The notes under the pieces are model-generated. The model was not told the origin of the DNA. It made no database searches and saw nothing but the letters and a program-made list of their open reading frames with translations. Below, piece by piece: positions 25,888 through 40,239 of a stretch of 64,000 nucleotides of DNA. Both the position numbers and the translations under genes were made by a program. The DNA is from Octopus sinensis (taxonomy: Eukaryota). Position 1 is the first letter of the stretch; each line of letters opens with the position of its first letter. The stretch spans positions 12,028,001-12,092,000 of the forward strand of contig NC_042998.1 in assembly GCF_006345805.1 (NCBI RefSeq), read 5' to 3'.

Positions 25888-25980
25888 ATTATTATTATTA
25901 TTGTTGTTGTTGTCGTTGTTATTGTCGTTCTTTTTCTTCTTCTTCTTCTTCTTCTTCTTCTTCTTCTTCTTCTTCTTCTT

Positions 25981-26054
<74 letters not shown>

Positions 26055-26062
26055 TATTATTA
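25888..26062. repeat. Compound (ATT)/(GTT)/(CTT)n/(ATT)n trinucleotide microsatellite
   Basis: Visible directly. Confidence 0.95.
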
Positions 26063-26429
26063 TGTTAGACAATTAGACACCAATAGATATAAATGAAATA
26101 CTGACCACAGGTAAATCCTCATGCAAGACAGCTAAATCCAAATATCCTTAGGCAGAAGTTTGAAAAATTCGGAGTGTTTAACCCCACCCCCCAGAGATTT
26201 AGGGAATATTTCAAATTAAAATCGATAAACAAGTGTAGAAAAGATAATGTGTATTGTCAAGTTAACTCTAATGTAAATCTTTCTGCATTTGGTTTCGATT
26301 CTTCAAGTAATATCGACTCTGATAAGACAGGTTATCACATAGCTTTAATAATAATTGTAACAATAAAAATTCCATCTTAACGCCTAATTTAGAGAGAAGA
26401 ACTAATAGAAATTCTTTTAACTCTTTTTC

Positions 26430-26553
26430 AAGGCGGCGAGCTGGCAGAAACGTTAGCACACCGGGTGAAATGCTTAGCGGTATTTCATCTGTGTTCAAAT
26501 TCCACCGAGGTCGACTTTACCTTTCATCATTTCGGGGTCGATAAATTAAGTAC
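26430..26553 (+). mobile_element. 5' part of a SINE (11217 family)
   Basis: AAGGCGGCGAGCTGGCAGAAACGTTAGC head through GATAAATTAAGTAC. Confidence 0.85.
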
Positions 26554-26973
26554 TGAGAAGCAATCAAAGAAAAAAGGCCGGGAATGCTCACCAGAGGAGT
26601 CCTTTTTCATCACGACAATGCTCCAGCCCACACCTCAGTGGTTGCCATGGCAACAATTCGTGATTGTAGATCCGAACTTGTTCCTCATCTGCCTTATTCG
26701 CCACACCAGCCCCCTCTGACTTTCATCTATTCCCAAAAATGAAAAAAGCCCTGGCTGGTCGCCATTTTGCCAGTGAAAATGATATCATAGACGCTGTAGG
26801 AAGTTTCTTGGAGTCTCAAATAAAAGAGTTCCTCTACGCCGGGATAATGGCGCTTCAGCACTGCTGGAGAAAGTGTTCAGCCATCGGGGGTGACTATGTT
26901 GAAAAATAAATCATCAGAAATCTTCTATTATGTTTTGTTTATTTGAGGCTCAAGACCTTTCATACGCCCCTCG
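26554..26973 (+). mobile_element. 3' fragment of a mariner transposon (irritans-like end)
   Basis: EAIKEKRPGMLTRGVLFHHDNAPAH..LPYSP..PSDFHLF..GGDYVEK* (stop 26907-26909). Terminal CTTTCATACGCCCCTCG|TA. Confidence 0.9.
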
Positions 26974-29900
26974 TATATGATACTAGATCCATCGTGGTAG
27001 TGCACCAATAGGTTCCCGATGTCCCTGCTAACATTAGTTTGTTGTGAGATAAAACTGATACGAAATTTATCATATAATATACTTCAGTTATTTTCATTTG
27101 ATTAAGAGTATAAGAAAAAAATTTGGCATTTGTCGGAGAAAATAGGTATAAATAAGTATAAAGATTATAAGTGTGTGAGAGGAAAGGAGAGAAATATTAA
27201 GAGTTAAAAGAAGAGGAAATGATATTTAAGAATTCTAATGGGTGAAAGCTGATCTAATAATAACGGAATGTATATTATGCAGAATGGATGGAAAGGGAGA
27301 TAAATAGATTCAGAGAATATATATCTTATGTGAAACGACATTATAATATATATATTTCAGATTATTTTTAAAGTGTTTGGTTTTTCAACTAGTTATTTTT
27401 TGTTTCTATATTTATATAGAAGAAATGTATGAGGAATTTCCCTACATTGCGAATGATTTGAAACAATGTTTCCGATCAGAAATTTGATAATAATTGAAAC
27501 AATAAAAGAAAGAAACACAATCATAACAATAGAAGGAAAGCAAATAATTTCGATAGTGAAAATGTTTTCTAGCTAAGTTAATAACATCGTAACTGTACTT
27601 CCTTTAGTCATCTAAGGATAGCAGAAAATCGTAAAGCGTATGCTTCAGTTTGACACAGCCATCTAAATGTACAGGATAAATCAAATCAATATGCAACATT
27701 GAACAAATGAAAAGACAATGCCCTGCAGACTCAACAGTGCAAATTAGAATTTTTCTAGCGGAATCCAGAATGAATGTTTTGCTGAAGCTTAGCATCACAG
27801 ATAAAAAAGAAACAAGGTGTCACGTACATATGTTTCTCAAGGGTATAAAGAACGCAAATGAAACCAAATGACGTCAAACTAGGATCGAACTTTCAAATGT
27901 ATGCATGTAGAGCACAGAAGAGATTATTTCATGCTTTTTTTAATGTCTTGCCACTGTCGAAGAACATTGCCTTGAAGACATGCATTCACTGAGAGACAAA
28001 TAAAGATGATCAATTTTGTAACATATACACATATACAGCCACTCTCCCTTACTCTCTTTCGCTATCTTATTGTACATATGTGCATGTTGAGTGCGCGTGC
28101 GTGAGTGTACAAGCGTGTGCTTGTACGTGTGTGCGCGTGTGTATGTTGTGAGTGTATGTGTATACGTTTGCATGTGTGCGTATGTGTATTTTTGCTCACA
28201 TGCAAGAATGAATATTGCTACTAACTCTCAGAAGCTGGTAATAATATTCTAACCAGTTTGCAATAAAGCTTCTAATTCCTCTACTTCCCTTTACGTAAAT
28301 CACCTCTTCGTAGTGTTCACTTGGGTTAAAATCCTAGAATAGTATAAATACTCTCAGAATGATGTTAAAAAGTATTTAGTCGGAAGACGTGTATCGTAAA
28401 AATAGCCAGTGCCAATAGTGTCATAGTGGTCATGTCGACAAAATTACCGAGACTATTGTATTTGAAGAGAATGTGTTAATACAGCATTAATGTAGCACCG
28501 TTTACAACGGTCATCTCCCTCCACTGAAATAGATATGTACATACACCCATAAAGGCCAAGCAGTCTTACACTAGTATTTTTTGTATAATTCCCCAGCAGT
28601 TATTAGTGAACAATTTGTCTCATACACATGAGATTGAGATAGTGTGATGGGTGTATATATAGAAATGTAGTGTTGTGAGTGTCTGGGAGATATTTTATAA
28701 TGGGTCATAACACACCTCTCCACAATCTATGTAGGGTCAAGTTGCATCATAACGAGTTTTCTTTGTTCAAAGAGTTGTATAAGAAAAGACTATGTATGAG
28801 AGTTTTAGAATCGACGTATTGGACACCACACCATTTATTCCCAGTCCACGTCAACAAATAGCATTTTCCTACTTATTTATTGCTTCTGCGTGAGTCAATA
28901 TAAATTGAAATACACTGCCAGTCATCGAATTCATTCAACAGTCAAACTGCTGGTTGTCCAGTATAAAATGAAAATTTGGGGACCTGAGCAGCAGGAATTT
29001 AAAAAATTGATTTATATACGTGAAGAAAATTCCGTTTCAGTCATTTATGGTTGGTGACTTGAAACTTTCAAACTTGAATAACACTTTATATCTATTGATA
29101 TGGCTGTAAGATATATTCTTTCAATAATTGAAATATTATACAATTGATAACAATTGGCTAACAACTTATCATTTTGACTCTCATTGGCCGCAGTAAATGC
29201 CTCTCTATCTCTTCCTATGCAGTTTCTAGAGAAATATATAGACCAGATACTTGATTTACCCCATCCAATAACAATAATTTGCTGAGTATAATGTTATTAA
29301 GAAAAACTCATGTTATTCTTGGTAGCATCATATCAAATGCCAAAAATATACCAAAATAGAGTTGTGAAACCTATAAAATTTCACAAACAAAAACAAAAAA
29401 AACACACGCTGTATACATAAAGCAAACAATTTTATATACATAGGTTTCGCGTACAACACTAAAAGATTTAAACTAAGCCCTAAAATGCTCAAAATATAGA
29501 TGATGGGTTTCCTATTTTTTGACTTACATAACTTGCGACTCACTCAGACTTTCTCCATAATGATAAAACTTGTTTCATTTCTATGTGGCACATATTCTAC
29601 TCACATTAACGTACGGCTCTGAAATAGTGGAAGTGTTATATATCGTCTACGCTATCGCAAAACGATAACTCGTCTGTTTTGGCACAAAAGTTTCACTTTC
29701 AAAATTAAACTCGCAAGACTCGCTGTCATACGATGTCATAAAGGCGTATGAGCATCAATAGTCTCTTTGAAATATATAACAGAATAAACAATTTCGGAGC
29801 TACATTCGATGTAGCCTAAGGTGAAATAAAGATACAAATATTAACCTAAGCAGTATATGTAGTCTAAGGGCAATTTAGTACTTGTTACTTGCACCGTCGT

Positions 29901-31839
29901 CATGATGTTACCAATAATTATATCTTCCTCACATTACATCTACTATCTTTGAAAGAGATGGATGTGAAGGTAAAGAATCAAGTACGCAGAACTAAATAAC
30001 ATACAAGAAGGACACTAAAAGGAAACTAATTTCTTCAAGCAGAAGGAAACTGGTATTTTACTACAAAGAACTCAAATTAGGGTGGCTAGACTTTTGTGTT
30101 TTGTACGTTCACATTCGGTCGTCGAATGTTGATAGCACAAATACTGACATTCACCCAATAATCTTACAGAGTATGTCTAAAACTCCTCCATTTAATGTGA
30201 GTAAGGACTAGCTTGATAACGCTATAGCAATGACCGTCTCGGAGATATTATTGCCAAACTTGTCTCCCTGATAAACATAATTTTAGTAGGTACTGCTGCA
30301 AATTTATATCTATTCATTTCTAACCCATCAAATTTATATCATATTTGTATAGTCTGTAGAGACACTGCGTAATGAATATTTTTCAGCCTGTTGTTTAGCG
30401 TTACTAATTTGTGATAACAAAGGACAAAGAAGTCGTTGATATATACGAGGCATTTTCGTTTTTGCATATCTAGCAAAAATACATAAGATTGTATAAGATT
30501 AATGGAAACTATTTCTAATCTACCCTCTGCTTCTTTATTCATATATCATAATCTAATAAAACTCAAAACAATCTCACGATTTTGGCTACTTCTAAAAAAA
30601 CAAAAGACAGTGCAAAAGAAAACCAGTATATTCCTCGCACATCTCATTAGTATATCTGAATATTTGAGACTCAAAGAAAATCCCCCCCCCATATAGATAA
30701 TACAAAGCCTGCAGACTTTTGAGAGTAGATCTTCAAGGTTTAAAAAGAAATGTTAGCAATAACGTTCAAATTATTTCATAATTTTATGTTTGTGGGACTG
30801 ATACAAAGTGTCTACTCTTATCCAAGTTTAGAAGTAGTCGGTTTCATTGATGGATTGCAGACATAAAAAGATCTAACAGCAGTTAATCTCATATCCATTA
30901 TAATTACGTATAGTTCTTTAAGTAGCTACTGTAAAGTAATCTTGCCATACTTGACAAGAACTACATTGTCTAATAAACGGATACGTTGACTGAAGATTTA
31001 CCACATGAAAGAGATGACACCACGGAAAATCACAAATTGGCAATTTAGGCTCCACGTACACTAGTTTGATGTCCAAAATGTTGATTCTAAATCTTCAATA
31101 CTGAGTTATGCAGCTATTATAATAGAAACGTACTAATTATCATGCGCCATGACATTGTATGGAAGTGTAAAGTAACGCCAGGAGACTTCTCCTAAACACG
31201 CAAGTATCTCCACGGTTATTTACGCCCACATCATTAGGAAATCACTTTGTGTTTTGAATTCACTACAATGATATGTTTGTCCAACAATAGAAATGCGTTT
31301 AGTTCTGAAGCATAAAACGTTGATAAAATCTGGTATACAACACGAAGAACATACTGAGAATTTTGAGCGTTGAACGTTGTCAGTAGCTGCATTCGCATTT
31401 GGGAACTTAAAATTCCACAGCTTTGGCTTCAATTGTATGTGCATTATCGTTTATCATCATTCTACAGAAACACTCTGAAAGAATGGGAAAAAAAGCCCAG
31501 TGGTGTCCGTAATTGATATGCAAATATAAATCAAATGAATTCTAGCATTAAAATGAAATGTAAATGAGTAAATGAAAATTGCCGTTCATATACCTGTTAA
31601 ATTATTCTGAGAGCAATGGAGAACATTCTTGCCTATTACAATGAATATTAAATTGCATCTCTATTGGTATATGTGAATTGTCGACTGGCATGTATCACGT
31701 TTTCTTTTACTTGTATTCAACGCCAACGAATAAAATGGAAAAAGGACAGAATATAGTAGATGCTAATGCATTTGTATTGTATCATAAGCATCCTACAAAA
31801 AAGTGACGGCTCTTTTTGACGCGAAAAATGACAGAATCA

Positions 31840-31906
<67 letters not shown>

Positions 31907-31999
31907 GGGTGTATGTGTCAGTGTATATATATAGATAGATAGATACACATACACACACTCACATATATATATATGTGTATGTGTGTGTTTGTATCTATG

Positions 32000-32030
<31 letters not shown>

Positions 32031-32036
<6 letters not shown>

Positions 32037-32635
32037 CACACGCACACATATATATATGTGCGCATATGTGTTCGCAGGTTCTCTGAACACAACCAATGGT
32101 TCTGAATTGTATTTACTGGAGCAGAGACACTTCTTTAATAAGCTTAGTAAAAGCTAAAATCCAAAATAGTCCTATTCATTTTTGAGCTGAACTCAAGAGG
32201 CATACACATACACACACAGACAAACATGCACGCGCGCAAACACACACCGAAACATGCACACTCACACACCATCCCATATACACAGAGACGCACACACACA
32301 CATCCCAGCGCGAGAGTTTGACTCTTTCTCTATTGCACCTGTCACATTCTGGATGTCACGCTGGGACATGTAGGTATTTTATGTCTGAACTTTAAGTAAT
32401 ATCGCTATGGTAGGTCTGAAACAAATCTCGTACCAAAGTTGCTCCATGATATATGTTTCCATAGAAAATGTGAAAATAAAATTTTAAAAGTGAACGTTGT
32501 CAGACAGCTACGGCATCATGGTTAGTGCCTACTGTGTTCAACGAGTAAATGCGTAAAACCTATTCTCCTTACAATCTTTATTTAACTACAAGAATATATT
32601 GACATTAGGTTAATGTCTTCTATTATTTGATATAT

Positions 32636-32716
<81 letters not shown>

Positions 32717-33316
32717 CATACACACGCACACATATATATATGTGCGCATATGTGTTCGCAGGTTCTCTGAACACAACCAATGGTTCTGAATTGTATTTAC
32801 TGGAGCAGAGACACTTCTTTAATAAGCTTAGTAAAAGCTAAAATCCAAAATAGTCCTATTCATTTTTGAGCTGAACTCAAGAGGCATACACATACACACA
32901 CAGACAAACATGCACGCGCGCAAACACACACCGAAACATGCACACTCACACACCATCCCATATACACAGAGACGCACACACACACATCCCAGCGCGAGAG
33001 TTTGACTCTTTCTCTATTGCACCTGTCACATTCTGGATGTCACGCTGGGACATGTAGGTATTTTATGTCTGAACTTTAAGTAATATCGCTATGGTAGGTC
33101 TGAAACAAATCTCGTACCAAAGTTGCTCCATGATATATGTTTCCATAGAAAATGTGAAAATAAAATTTTAAAAGTGAACGTTGTCAGACAGCTACGGCAT
33201 CATGGTTAGTGCCTACTGTGTTCAACGAGTAAATGCGTAAAACCTATTCTCCTTACAATCTTTATTTAACTACAAGGATATATTGACATTAGGTTAATGT
33301 CTTCTATTATTTGATA
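32031..33316. repeat. Near-identical tandem duplication (~600-bp unit, 684-bp offset) bounded by (TA)n
   Basis: 32031-32632 matches 32715-33316. One difference seen (A32593 vs G33277). Confidence 0.95.
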
Positions 33317-33325
33317 TATATATAT

Positions 33326-33378
<53 letters not shown>

Positions 33379-34587
33379 TATATTATAACTTAGCGTACTT
33401 GGAATCATAACAAACTTACGGTAGTTCTAATAACCGGTATGTTTACTATGCAATAAACCGGTGTTACAAATTTTAAGTTACCTAATGAAATAGTATCTGT
33501 CATCGTAACATACTGATATTTAAAAATATATTTATCTTTAAATATAATATTTTATGAAATGCATGAGTGGATCTTTTGTTATTTGAGACATAGTTATAAT
33601 TTTGAAAGACTAAATGGCAGCATAGTTGCTCCCCTTTTTGTTTATCTATGTGCTAGTTGTTGCTTGTGGTTATGTATGTGTATAAGTGTATGTGTGTGTG
33701 TATGCATATAATTATGTATGCATGTGCGATTGATCTGTGGATGCGCGTGTGAATATTGGCCTTCCTTGACTAACCAACCGTAAAATTTCTCTTGTGATTT
33801 AAATTTCAAACTACTAGCCAATCGTATTAATCTATATAATCATTACCTAGTGGTCAGAATTTCTAAACTCATAGTTATTTCGATCTTGAAAGGATGGACT
33901 TGGTGCAAACATAACTGTATCTATTATTATCATTATTATTATCATTAATATTAATAGTAATTTTTATTGACTTTTATAGCTTTATAATTTTATGAACTGA
34001 ACCATGGTTTTAATTATTATTTTTCATCTCCCTATGTGTTAGTTTTTTAAAACTATTAGCCAAATATGTATAATAACTGTGCTTATTAATATTAATATAT
34101 ACACTGATATATATTTTGTTTTATTTTGTTTTGTTTACCTTGTATTATTGTACCAATGAGTATTATATCATATAAGTGTAGCATTATGAATTTATGCATA
34201 AGTTTTTATATTTTACATTTTTATATTTTTATATTTATATGTATATGGAAAAATAATTTTTTTTCACAATTATAACAAATTTAATTCTCTGTTAATGCCT
34301 CATTTATACCTGCCTTTATGGCTTATAGGTTAAATGAGGTATGACTGCCCTCGCTGCCGAAACAGCTGTCAGATGTGATTTAATTACATATTATATTTGA
34401 AATTTTATACTTATATCTCTTTGTCTATTTACATTTACTGTATATTTTGTATAATGCCTTTACTGATATGTAATGGTGTAATAAAGTAATGTTTGGGTAT
34501 CATCTGATAGTTGATGTTTTATTGATTTAAGTATGTTTCTCCATTTTCTAATTTTATACATATATATATATAGATAGATAGATATAT

Positions 34588-34783
34588 AAGGAGAATTCAC
34601 GCAAAAACAAAAGACGAAGACAGGTGGTGTACAAAACAAACAGATATACTAATATAACGGTCAGGAATAGAAAAAGTCTTTTACGTTTCGAGCCTACGCT
34701 CTTCTACAGAAAGAGACAGAAAAAACAAGAAGAAAAACAAATGTGTGTAGTGGCTAACGATCTATCATATCTATCATGGCGAC
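34588..34783 (-). mobile_element. Short (TA)n-embedded element with hammerhead motif, Penelope-like pLTR type (family 2)
   Basis: Begins AAGGAGAATTCAC on the plus strand. Related fragments at 52432-52562 and 63204-63266 share GGAGAATTCAC or CAAAAGACGAAG(A/G)CAGGTGG. Confidence 0.6.
34677..34714 (-). ncRNA. Minimal type I hammerhead-like motif with CUGUAGA core (A6U)
   Basis: RNA: UCUUU CUGUAGA A GAGC GUAG GCUC GAA ACGU A AAAGA. Stem I 5 bp and stem II 4 bp are perfect, helix III is palindromic ACGU, cleavage triplet GUA. Confidence 0.65.
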
Positions 34784-35434
34784 ATATATATATATATATA
34801 TATATATGTTTGTGTGTATATAGGGAGAGAGACAGAGGCAGAGAGATAGAGAGATATGCACATATATATATATATGTATATATATATATAAATTTAAATA
34901 CATGTATACATATATATATGTATGTGTAATATGTTGGACTAATTGGTATATCGATTAATGTGTTATTGTCTTGAATAAAGCACTGACATGGTTTGGACTC
35001 CCTGGTGTCATCCGCAATTGGGGTATGTTTTCGTTGGATCTACTGCAGGAATTCCACAGTGTTGCTTGAGATATTAATAATTGATTAAGTAACCAGAAAA
35101 CCAGAAGATGGATTTGGTATTTGCCTTTATTTTGTACGACTATCGTGTCGGCCCATCCTACTACTCTTCCTTATGGTTGGGATTCTGTGCATCGTTTTTT
35201 TACAAGCATATTGTAGTCAGAGGCACATCAGGTGCATCCATAGACGAACTGGTGTCTAGGTAAAAAATGTCTCATTATCGAGACAGTACTTAATGTATTG
35301 ATTTAACTAATGTCACCCAGACTACAACATGTTGCAGAGAATGCTACTCATACGAGACTGTAGCAGGATTGATCGAAGCGATCTTTCGTACAAAATAATG
35401 ACTGTACCAATTCGATCTTATGGTATATTAATCA

Positions 35435-35598
35435 GGAGTGACTGTGTGGCAAGAAGCCTCCTATCCAGCTAAAGGGTTCCGATTTCTGTCCACTGCGTGG
35501 CATCTTCAGCAAGTGTCTTCTACAATAGCTTCGCGCCGACCAAAACCTTCTGAGTGGATTTAGTAAACTGAATCTGAAAGAATCCCGTCGTGTGTGTG

Positions 35599-35674
<76 letters not shown>

Positions 35675-35816
35675 TGTGTCTGTATGTGTGTGTGCATATG
35701 TGTGTATGTATTTGTGCCTTTGTTCCACACCATCACTTGACAACTGACGTTGATGTGTTTACGTCCCCGTGACATAGCGTTTCGGCATAAGAGGCCGATA
35801 GAATAAGAGGCCGTAT
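35435..35816 (+). mobile_element. Degenerate tRNA-type SINE with internal (TA)/(TG) microsatellite
   Basis: Collinear with 36996-37414. Confidence 0.8.
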
Positions 35817-36155
35817 GTAGACGTTGTGAACGCTAGTGGTTTATGTTTATGTACGTTATTTTTCTGTGAGAATATAGTGTGAATATTTTTATATATTTTT
35901 TCATATATTTTTATGATATTTTTAATCATTTTACTTTTCCCACGTATTAGAGTTACTTCCCTTATATTTAATGGTTTTTCGTAACATCGTTTGCCATTAA
36001 TAACCGACGAGAATGCATCGTTGCTCTTCGCACCGACATTCGAAACTCTGGATACTATAATGACAACCATCTACTCTTTGCTCTAGTTTATAACATGTTA
36101 AATAATCCTCTATTTCTACGAATATCAAGGTTTCATTCTTTTGTTGTTTTACGTA

Positions 36156-36260
<105 letters not shown>

Positions 36261-36956
36261 ATATACATATATATATGAAGGTATATTTATACACTCACGC
36301 ACACACACACACACATACATATATGTACGCTGTGAGTGGCATATTTCATGTACCAGACATACTTCACACGACATTTATGAAGTTACGTCAAACGATCTCA
36401 ACCAGAGAAAGGGCTTCGAACATTATATTGATACTTAATGAAATAATTAACTAAAATCAGAACTCGTTGTGAAGGTTCATATGCACTTTATACCCCTCAA
36501 GGTTTTGGTATTGTTGAGAATCAAGTATTTGTTTCAATTCTGCCATCTTTCTATAACAAAGGCCTTGTATATTTTTTGCAACACTACAATGGACATCGTC
36601 ACGAAGTCTATATATTTATCATGACAATGGTAATTCTACTTAAAGATGTGAGGAGTTTAAATTGCAATGATTTCCAACATCAGTAACAATAACAATTGGT
36701 AAGTTTACCAGCGACCAATTCTAACTGAAATCAAATAAATGATATACTTTCGATCGTCTACTTTGATTCATTTATTCTGACGCATCCGTTCACACACATA
36801 ATCTTTTCTCACATTCGCACACTATCACTTTCTGTCTGTCTGTGTCTCTCTTTCTTTCTCTTTCTCTCACTACTCCCCCCCACACAAAACACACACTCGC
36901 ACACAAAACACACACAGAAAACACGCACACATGCGTACAAGCACACACACGCATAT

Positions 36957-36995
<39 letters not shown>

Positions 36996-36996
<1 letters not shown>

Positions 36997-37167
36997 GAGT
37001 GGCTGTGTGGTAAGTAGCTTGTTTACCAACCACATGGTTCCGGGTTCAGTCCCACTGCGTGGCACCTTGGGCACGTGTCTTCTACTATAGCCTCGGGCCG
37101 ACCAATGCCTTGTGAGTGGATTTGGTAGACGGAAACTGAAAGAAGCCCGTCGTATATATGTGTATAT

Positions 37168-37198
<31 letters not shown>

Positions 37199-37414
37199 GT
37201 ATGTGTGTCTGTCTGTGTTTGTTCCCCTAGGATTGCTTGACAACCGATGCTGGTGTGTTTATGTCCCCGTCACTTAGCGGTTCGACAAAAAGAGACCGAT
37301 AGAATAAGTACTGGGCTTACAAAGAATAAGTCCCGGGGTCGAGTTGCTCGATTAAAGGCGGTGCTCCAGCATGGCCGCTGTCAAATGACTGAAACGAGTA
37401 AACCAGTAACGAGT
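36996..37414 (+). mobile_element. Full-length tRNA-type SINE with internal microsatellite
   Basis: GGAGTGGCTGTGTGGTAAG A box, GGGTTCAGTCCC B box-like, 3' block shared with 11911-12073. Confidence 0.88.
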
Positions 37415-37865
37415 ATACATATAATGTAATACTTTATTTTCAAGGCAATTATAGATATTTCTAAGAACGTAGACACCGCCCCCACCACACATGTATATGT
37501 AGGTTTGTATTAATCAGTGATCCTCTTCATCAACGATCAACGATATTTATTCAAGTCCATTGAAGCGGCTGTAATTTTCTTAGACGTAAAGTGTTAAATT
37601 CTAGCATTGTCTTTCATAACTACCTCCACAACAGTACTTAGAATTTCTATTTGCTATGTTCCTAGAAAGAAAACCTTGAGATTATAGATTTTTCCATTTA
37701 TAATTCAAGAATTTTAGTTCGCTAAACAGGAATGTTCAATATATCAGCTCCTTGCAGATATTATATCTCACCGTACTGACACATTAATTAAACAGGTAAA
37801 TACATCAGTTTCTAAACGAAGCACTAAATCATATGCCTCTTTCTGATTGAACCACACACACATAT

Positions 37866-37942
37866 ATATAGGTATGTATGTATGTATGTATGTATGTATG
37901 TATGTATGTATGTATGTATGTATGTATGTATGTATGTATGTA
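37866..37942. repeat. (ATGT)n tetranucleotide microsatellite
   Basis: Visible directly. Confidence 0.95.
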
Positions 37943-38959
37943 TCCGAAAATGTAAGGAATGGAAACGGTGAAAATAAGTCACAGTTAAGCCACTGCACGA
38001 ATGGCAAGTTAAAAAAAACCTTAAAGACAAAATCAAGATCAAATGACGAATGACATTCTTTGTAGGTAAGTCGATCTAAAGGGAAACAAAATGGCTGTGT
38101 TTACAAATGGCATTTAATAGCAGGCGAACTATGCTAGAAAGAGGGTAGGGTAGGTAGGAAAACTAAAAAGAATGACGGATAAGAGGGTCTTAGAAGGTGC
38201 ACCAAATTTCCTTCGCACTCTCGCGTCGGGTAGATATCACGAGTCAGAATAAAGCAATAGCGTATTGAGGTGAGCGATAATGGTTGATAGCTAACATTGA
38301 TAAATCATTGGAACATTTTAATGAAGGAGTAATAAAATACAAAAGGATTAATAATGGGCATGTATAGAATTTACGCGAAGAAAATATGTATAAACGTATA
38401 TAAAGCAGATGAAAGATGTAAAATGAAACAGGAAAAATAAGTCAATACGATTCAAAAGAAAGGCACATAAGCTAAGAACGAATAAGAATGTTGCGCGAAA
38501 AATGTATCAAAAAGCAAGAGAGGCACGCCGATAATACTAAAATCGCAAAGCAGTTAAAGTTAACTTTAAAAATATGTCTGTCAGTGGCGACTTCGCCATT
38601 TCGTGTTGTTCGGGATCAGCCCGAGTATAAATTTAGTAAAGCGAACGTGCATTTGCAAGCTGATTTACTTTCTGCCAAGTATGTAAATGCAGCCAATAAC
38701 TCAGGCTTCTTTTATTGAGCCTGGTCGCAGTTCATCTATTATCGTGCAGCGTCTAGCCGTCGTCTTACAGGTGCCCTGTGTCAAAAAATAATATTTGTAG
38801 CTAACGTTCTCTCACTCAGAGGTTACAGCCTGAGTTGTTATCTATAATGGTAAAAGTTGAAAGTAACTGAAATTCAATGTTTTCTTGAAGCAATAAATTT
38901 CAATAGAGATTAGGATTTAAATTGCAATCTATAAAAAGTTTCCGCTCTTCAATATTCTT

Positions 38960-39784
38960 AAAGGAACGAAAAATTATCCAGCCACTCGGGCTATTATGAA
39001 CGGAGACTGGTAGGTGTAAAGGGCAAACTGACATCTCTTGTCAAGAGTACAGGCGTTCACTGATGTTTGTTGTGCACCCGGCATTCATTATTTGATTGTT
39101 GTTATTCTGTTCGTCTATGTGTAAAGATCGCTTGTGTTTTGCATGGTTGCCTTATTTTAACCCTTAACTTAGAATTGTAGACAGACATCATGCTAGATAT
39201 AAAAATTAAACCATCAGGGCTTAGAAATATTGCAGGAAAACGTAAAATTCCTCGAGCAGGTAGGCTGACTCCTTCATTGAACACTAAAGTTGGAACTCGA
39301 ACATTCCAGATAAAATGGTATGAACAGATTGATTGGCTTTGTGCAAGCAGAGTCAAGGAGTATGCTATGTTGGAATCCATTAAACTAATTAAGCTAGTGT
39401 TGACTATGCCCTTAACTTCAGTCACTAATGAGAGAAGTTTCTCAACGTTGGCTTGAATCTACACATATCTGAGAAATACAATGACCCCAAAAGGCTGTCT
39501 TTGCTGGCTCGTAATTCATTCGGGAAAAGTATTTTGAGCGACTTGGACAACAACAAAGAGCTGCACGACAGGATATTACACGACTTCGCCATGAAACCAA
39601 GATGACTAGAGTTCGTGTATAAATGAAGTAATTTTTATATTAAAACTATATTTCTGTGGCATTCTTTTCTTAGAAGCAGCAAACTTACTGTTGAATCATC
39701 AGTGCACATACAGGTCTGCGGTGTGCATTGCGTCTCTTACCTTTTTTTATACATGTGTCGTATGAGAAATCTGTTACGAGCCTG
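38960..39784 (+). mobile_element. Internally deleted hAT transposase relic
   Basis: AIMNG..GVKGKL (first-D region), a CxxH-like motif, and the C-terminal dimerisation motif LVLTMPLTSVTNERSFSTLA*IYTYLRNTM. Possible right end GTTACGAGCCTG at 39773-39784. Left end not found. Confidence 0.8.
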
Positions 39785-39932
39785 AGTGACGCTAATGACC
39801 AGGACTCCCCTCTAATGTGTATGCATTAATAAATATGTATACATGTATGCATACAAAAATATGCATACATATATACACAAAAATAAAAATAGATATCCTC
39901 AAACACACGCACCCATATATATGAATACAAAC

Positions 39933-40012
<80 letters not shown>

Positions 40013-40239
40013 TCGCACATACACGTGCACTTAAATATATACACGCATAAATACACTCATACATATATAAATGTAGAGCTATATCATTATCAATACATAA
40101 TTGAATGGAAAAGACGAATTAAATAATATACAGTAAAGGTGAGCTGAATCTAAACAACAACAACAACAATAACACCACCAATAGAAACAAATGAAACTAA
40201 TTTCTATATAGAAGTACATAAAATGAACAATCTATATAT

